From: Paraspadella gotoi
Lineage: Eukaryota > Animalia > Chaetognatha
Direction of reading: 5' to 3'
Assembly: GCA_051294375.1 (NCBI GenBank)
Contig: JBJCIZ010000992.1
Location: 1 to 11,295 of the forward strand
Length of the DNA: 11,295 nt
In this document: positions 8,498 through 11,295 of the stretch, piece by piece
Layout: the number at the start of each line of letters is the position of its first letter
Position numbering within the stretch: position 1 is the stretch's first letter
Notes under the pieces: model-generated
Database searches by the model: none
Told to the model about the DNA's origin: nothing
Seen by the model: the letters and a program-made list of their open reading frames with translations, nothing else
Translations under genes and position numbers: made by a program

Positions 8498-9403
8498 AAA
8501 GCAGGATTACGAGAGAAGGAGACGTCAGAAAACTAGAGAGTTGGAGGAACATTTTGACGACGTTACTCATCAACGGATAATGAAACCAGGATGTAATTAT
8601 GTAGTGCGTAAAACACACCGGTTAAAATAAGATAAACCAGACAGAGAAAGAAAATACCAGTATGTAATAGACGAATTCAGGTTGAAGAAACTGCGCCAAA
8701 TAGAAAATAACAAACAAACAGAACTCGAGCCTTTTAATTCATTTGCAAAACAAAAGCGAAACCCCGGATGAGATAGAAAGAAGCGCAAGGATTGTGTTTG
8801 ACGCAAAATGAGATGTTTCATGTTGCGGTTAAAAAAAAAATTGGTTGTCGTCTTCTTGGTTTTACGTCGAATTATAAGAGGAGGTTTTGGGCGATAATAT
8901 TTGGAGAGTGGATGAAGAGGGATAAGCGAAGAGGAGTGAGAAGGAAGGGGAGATGGAGGAGAAAAACAGTAAATAACGAGAAAGAGAGAAAAAAGAGGAC
9001 AATAAAATAGGATAGGATAAATTAGACAGAATTAGACAGAAGCGAGCAGAAACAAAACCAAAGGAAAAAAAATTATAATTTTTTTTTGCAGGAAGGTGTG
9101 TATAAATAATTTATCCTTTTCATCAATCTTCACTCCATCCCTTCCCTTCTCCTCCCCCTTTCTCCTTACCAATTGACCTTACCTTTCCCCACCTTCCATT
9201 ACCAGTCGCGTGCCGTCGCCCTCTCGTCATAACGGCGTCATTACCCGTAGAGAAAAATCCCGCCTTACCTCGAGGGACAAAAAATGTGGCCCCCGGGGAA
9301 ATAGGTTCTCGTGGGGCGGCCTCTGGAGTAGAGAGGTCAGAGGGAGCAGGAAAAACTTTCCGTGGGACATTCAACGAGGAAACGAAAAATGAAATTTGCG
9401 AGA

Positions 9404-9456
9404 GACGACGACGGATGAGACGAACGACGACGACGACGCCGACGACGACGACGACG
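9404..9456. repeat. Imperfect (GAC)n microsatellite
   Basis: gacgacgacg...acgacgacgacgacgccgacgacgacgacgacg. Confidence 0.9.
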
Positions 9457-9539
9457 CTTACGAGAACATCAAATTTTTGTCTCTCGCACAAATTTCGTTT
9501 TCTCTTCTCAAAGATGAGGATTCTCTCTTTTGTTTACTA

Positions 9540-9874
9540 TTCCTTTTCTTCCCTTTCCTTTCTTCCTCCTTTCCTTTCCTCATTTTCTTTTCCTCCTTTT
9601 CTTTCCTCTTGTCTTTTCCTCCTTTCCTTTTCTTCTTTCCTTTCTCCTTTCCTTTCCTCCTTTCCTTTTCTTCTTTCCTTTCTCCTTTCCTTTCCTCCTT
9701 TTCTTCTCTTCTTTCCTTTCCTCCTTTCCTTCTCCTTTCCTTTCCGTCTTTCCTTTCCTTCTTTCCTTTCCTCCTTTCCTTTCCTCCTTTCCTTTCCTCT
9801 TTCATTTCATCCTTTCCTTTCTCCTTTCCTCCACCACCTTTTTTCTCTTTCTCTTTCTCCCTCTTTCCTCTTCC
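9540..9874 (+). repeat. Long polypyrimidine tract of degenerate TTTCC/CTCC units
   Basis: About 335 bp with very few purines; 9612-9745 (134 nt) contains none. Confidence 0.93.
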
Positions 9875-10073
9875 GCCTGAACCCAACAGATCGTCGGAAA
9901 TCACGTGATATTTTTCGTAGGGGTCACATGATTCTTTCTGACCGCGTTAACGTTTTTTGTTTGACGACTTTTCATTGACGTTTGCTTGTCGTTATTGTTT
10001 GTAGTTGTTGCTCCAGTTTTTGGTAGAGTCAATTTTATTTTCTCACCGAAAATACAGAACAGGAATAGGTTTA

Positions 10074-10076
<3 letters not shown>

Positions 10077-10167
<91 letters not shown>

Positions 10168-10199
10168 TAATAATAATAATTATTATTATTATTATTAAT
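10077..10199. repeat. (AAT)30 microsatellite followed by (ATA)4(ATT)6
   Basis: Perfect AAT x30 at 10077-10166, then a phase shift and a switch to the complementary triplet ATT. Confidence 0.98.
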
Positions 10200-11154
10200 T
10201 TATTTAGTTACGAATTAATAAAAGTTAAGTATAATTTAATTAATGCTTTAAGTTCGAAATACACCGCAAATTAGGTTTATCAAATTATATTTACGTATTG
10301 AGTAGAAGACATTAATAAATATTTAAGGATCGCTTTCATCATTTGCATTCTCGTTCATCAATCTCACAATCACTCTTCACTCCACTCTCAATCACTCACA
10401 TCATCGGTTCACCGGTTTTTTTATTTTTTGCCAGATAATCATCGTGAACAAACAAAAACGATGAACCCGAAGCAGAAAAGGAACGAAGAGAGTAACGAGA
10501 GGAAAAAAATGCTGAAAACTGTGATGGTATGGCAACAGCCGGGTTGGCCTGTGATGCCCATTGCGGATGGGGCATCTCCACTGGTTGGCTGGGTGTCTTC
10601 CGACCCTTCAGTGACGCCTCCAGTCCTTTGGCGCGGTTACCCTAGGACGTCTCGCTTTCCACGTCGTTAGGGAAGTCATTAGGACTGTGAATGGACACAC
10701 ATAACCTGGATGGTTGTGTTCCCCCCTTTGAGCCAATGGATTTGGCTCTGAGAGGATGGTGGTATTTTGAGGCGGTGTGAAGTATACCGCCACAATGGAG
10801 CGTTTTTTCTCGTCTGTAACGTGGAAGATCACTGTGACCTTTGCAGTGCGGAGAAAGATGAGTGATGGATGGTGAAGATATTAGGTATGTATTAGACGTA
10901 GAATAGAGAGAGAAATAGTTCTATTTCTTAAATATTTTGGCCATATCAAGTTTGCTACCTCATGTGGGCATTCACCTTACTACAGAAGAACCCGCAATAA
11001 GGCACTTATTGCGCCCTCATTGTTACCTCCAAAATAAGCAGCCATCCACATTGTGCTTCAATTCGACCGGCCGGGACGTTCTTCTTACCCAGTTCCCGTC
11101 AAGCTCACTTACCTCCACAAAGTAATGAAACGCATTGTAAGACGATCGACACGT

Positions 11155-11176
11155 CGACGACGACGACTGAGCGACG

Positions 11177-11208
<32 letters not shown>
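11155..11208. repeat. (GAC)n microsatellite
   Basis: Perfect (GAC)10 at 11177-11206 with degenerate GAC units upstream. Confidence 0.95.
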
Positions 11209-11295
11209 TTTCGCAAACAAAAGACCGAAGGACTAGAGTCGTAAAAAAGACGATGAGGCAACAAAATGCGTTTGACGATGGCGACGATCTCTCTC

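Noticed and set aside
9286-9978. Longest ORF (230 aa) and overlapping ORFs on both strands
   Set aside because: F/L/S/P or K/E/R/G strings arise because pure pyrimidine or purine tracts cannot contain stop codons; no domain is recognisable.
10005-10274. Poly-Asn/poly-Ile ORF
   Set aside because: Direct read-out of the (AAT)/(ATT) microsatellite.

Overview
Non-coding, eukaryote-like window saturated with simple repeats: (CT/GA)n, (AAT)30, (GAC)n blocks and long purine or pyrimidine tracts. I can support no protein-coding gene, rRNA, tRNA, CRISPR array or autonomous transposon; most supplied ORFs are translations of low-complexity DNA and none gave a recognisable protein. The structured part is the centre (~4.9-7.5 kb). 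Two GC-rich islands (5007-5255 and 7241-7459) align colinearly as diverged inverted copies. They enclose a ~32-unit 18-bp minisatellite with a 12-unit higher-order duplication, a 228-bp foldback with ~45-bp arms centred on an AT palindrome, and a defective hammerhead-like core on the minus strand. This could be a non-autonomous long-TIR/foldback element, but no target-site duplication or transposase is visible. Many repeat copies differ by single-base indels and homopolymer length, so read/assembly error or synthetic origin cannot be excluded. All alignments were done by eye.
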